A stretch of DNA of 64,000 nt from Puccinia triticina (lineage: Eukaryota): contig CP110440.1 in the NCBI GenBank assembly GCA_026914245.1, forward strand, positions 2,480,001 to 2,544,000, in the 5' to 3' direction. The first letter of the stretch is position 1, and each line of letters begins with the position of its first letter. The translations under genes and the position numbers were made by a program. This document shows, piece by piece, positions 61,830 through 64,000 of the stretch. Under the pieces are notes generated by a model. The model saw only the letters and a list, made by a program, of their open reading frames with translations, was not told the DNA's origin and did not search any database.

Positions 61830-62040
61830 GGGCCTGTACCATAGGGCATGAAAATTGAAATTTTCCAAATTTATTTGCCTCCAAATTTCTTGGGACAAAA
61901 ACTGAGCCTGGCCAAAATGTAGGCTTGAGCCCAAATGTGAAGAATTTTAACATTTGAACCCTCCGCTAGTTTTCAATTTCTGTGTACAGGGCAAAAAAAC
62001 TTGAAATTTCTCAAAATTTAGGCCCATGTGGTACAGGCCC
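61830..62040. mobile_element. Tourist-like MITE
   Basis: TTA|GGGCCTGTACCA...TGGTACAGGCCC|TTA. Confidence 0.85.
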
Positions 62041-62826
62041 TTACAGGAAATGTCTGCAAACCCGTGACCTGGAAGCTCATTTGGGTGGGGACTTTTTCAT
62101 AATCAACCTCATGCACACAAGTTGCTGAATAAGTATAATTCTAGGTTTGATGGAACAATGATAGCCAATGCCTCTCCTTTCCATATCCAATCCGTGTATT
62201 TGATAAAAAAACTTCCTTGTAAAATTGCAAGTTTTGGATTCTGTACAGTGCCAGTTATGTGATAGGAGAATCAATAGATGTCACAAAACCCCGTGTTGAG
62301 TGCAACATAAGACCCAATGTAATCAGGAAAAAAATATGGGAAGTTTTACCATCATCTTTCGCATGAGTTTCTGACCAAAAAATTATCCATCCAATAAGAA
62401 CTGGGGTGGCTAACAGGAATTGGAATGTCCCCTTCCCAATGCTCAGGCCGCGGGGTTAACTTAGCCGTCAGTCCTCCCTTCGGATCCCTGCGGGACAGGT
62501 CCCCCCCTCCAACTAAGGGAATTAGTCTGGGTTAGTCAAGCTATATTTTGAGTGGACTGCAATGAACCGACCGGACGAGTTGCAACCTCACTGGAGCTCT
62601 GGTCAAGAATGTCCGGTCCCGGGCGGCTTCAGGGCTTCGGGGTTCAGCGTGCCATCCGGGCACCCCCCGGTCGGGCTGATGACATAATATCGCCGCCGGT
62701 GAGGCCTCGGCAGGAGAGCGAGCTCGGCGCCCGGCACCCGGCAGACGGTCAACAAGAACCACCAAGAACATCATCTGGACCAAAAACAACTATCCAGGAA
62801 ACCAACGGACGAAACACGGAAGCAGG

Positions 62827-64000
62827 ATGGAGTTCGACGACGAGGATGAGGACTTCTTCAACGACCCCGCACTGCACGCACAACTAGACCAGGTAGAAAA
62901 CCAATTCAGACTCACCCAGACTCAGAACCAGCACGAACACGAACACGAACCAGAGCCACCAGCCAAGAAACCGAGACTGCAATCAGCAGCAACAAGGAAC
63001 ACCAACAATCAGGACGAACAGAACGAACTCAACAGACTCAAGAGGCAGATCGAGCAGATCAGAACAGCACTCCAGCAGTCCGATCGAGAGAAACTGCGAC
63101 TCAAGGGCCAGGTCTCGATCATCAAATCCCAGCTAGAATCGACCAAGAGCACGACCGGCCAACAGCTCAATGAGCTCAAGACGCTCGAACAGCAGCTCAA
63201 GACGCGTGCCGAACGGGCCGAGCACCAGCTGGCGAGGATCGAGTCGCAGCGGAACCTGAAGGACACCTTCAAAGGGCTCGAAGAGTCGGCCAAGAAGCCG
63301 GCCCAGCCCTCCGCCTCCTCCCTCCACCGCCGCACCGTCCTCTCCTCCACACCCAACCCCTCGTCCCCCTCCAGGAACATCCACAAGGACCCCAACAATC
63401 GCAAGCTGGCCTCCCTCCAACAGTCCTTCACCCCACAGCCACTCCCCCATCCCCGCTCCAGCTTCAATCCTAACGACCAATCCACCCAGCCCCCTCAGAA
63501 CTCTTCCAACCAACATCCCCCCCGCCCTGCCCCTCGGCCATCCATCTCCTTCATCGACCCCCCGGCCTCGTCTCCGTTCACAGTCCATGAACCTCCCCCT
63601 AGCCCTCCGCACTCAACCTCCCAGGCAGCTGCAGCCACTGGTGGTCCGCCGGCCAAGCATCCCTACGAGCTAATCCATTCGGTCAGTTTCCAATCTCTAG
63701 GTTGTTTTTTTTTCTTCTCCGTTTTGGCTGAGGAAAAATGCTCGGGAACGACATGTGTGTTATCAGGTGATCGTCCGACTCTTCCAGAGCTTTGTTGTCA
63801 GCCTTGGAGACCCGTCCATCCCCACGAAAGGTCCAGGAGAACTACCACGGGCGCCGGTCGCGCCGACGCTGCAGCACATCCTGAACGCCTCGCGACAGCT
63901 TGCCCCAGGATATCCGACACTGAAGCCGGTCTTCGACGCACTGGTGATCGACCTCTTCAGCGCCCTTGCGTCCGCCTCAGACCTTGACACCGTCACGGCT
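62827..64000 (+). CDS. Coiled-coil protein, possibly ATRIP/Rad26-like checkpoint protein (5' part, runs off window)
   Basis: Acidic N-terminus EDFFNDPALHAQLDQVE, coiled coil with LKGQVSIIKSQLE and a Pro/Ser linker. An intron GTCAGT...ATCAG (about 63682-63766) is followed by the open frame VIVRLFQSFVV. The family call is from recalled architecture only. Confidence 0.5.

Overview
Eukaryotic, intron-containing fungal DNA. Gene style and repeat content look like a rust fungus (Puccinia-like); this is inferred, not searched. The left half (about 7.8-28.7 kb) is a gene island: GUP1-like MBOAT acyltransferase, a secreted acidic protein, an intronless 1009-aa C2H2 zinc-finger protein, a Crinkler-type NTPase+REase pseudogene, a Nup42/Amo1-like FG nucleoporin and a large secreted protein. 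The region 29.5-62 kb is a deeply nested transposon field. Most elements there can be delimited by TIR and TSD: hAT, PIF/Harbinger-Tourist, CACTA-like, a TIR-to-TIR but decayed AcademH (DUF6589-type transposase plus RecQ-like helicase, 9-bp TSD), Helitron-like ends and a full-length decayed Ty1/Copia. A probable ATRIP/Rad26-like gene runs off the right end. Most notable: (1) the Copia primer-binding site is complementary to the anticodon arm of tRNA-Tyr, suggesting half-tRNA-Tyr priming, and its LTRs end TG...TA; (2) three MITE insertions with CAACRGTGGG termini consistently have 7-bp TSDs; (3) about 50-65-nt self-complementary mini-insertions have no TSD; (4) TE mutations show a clear TpCpG signature. 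All alignments and coordinates were read by eye.
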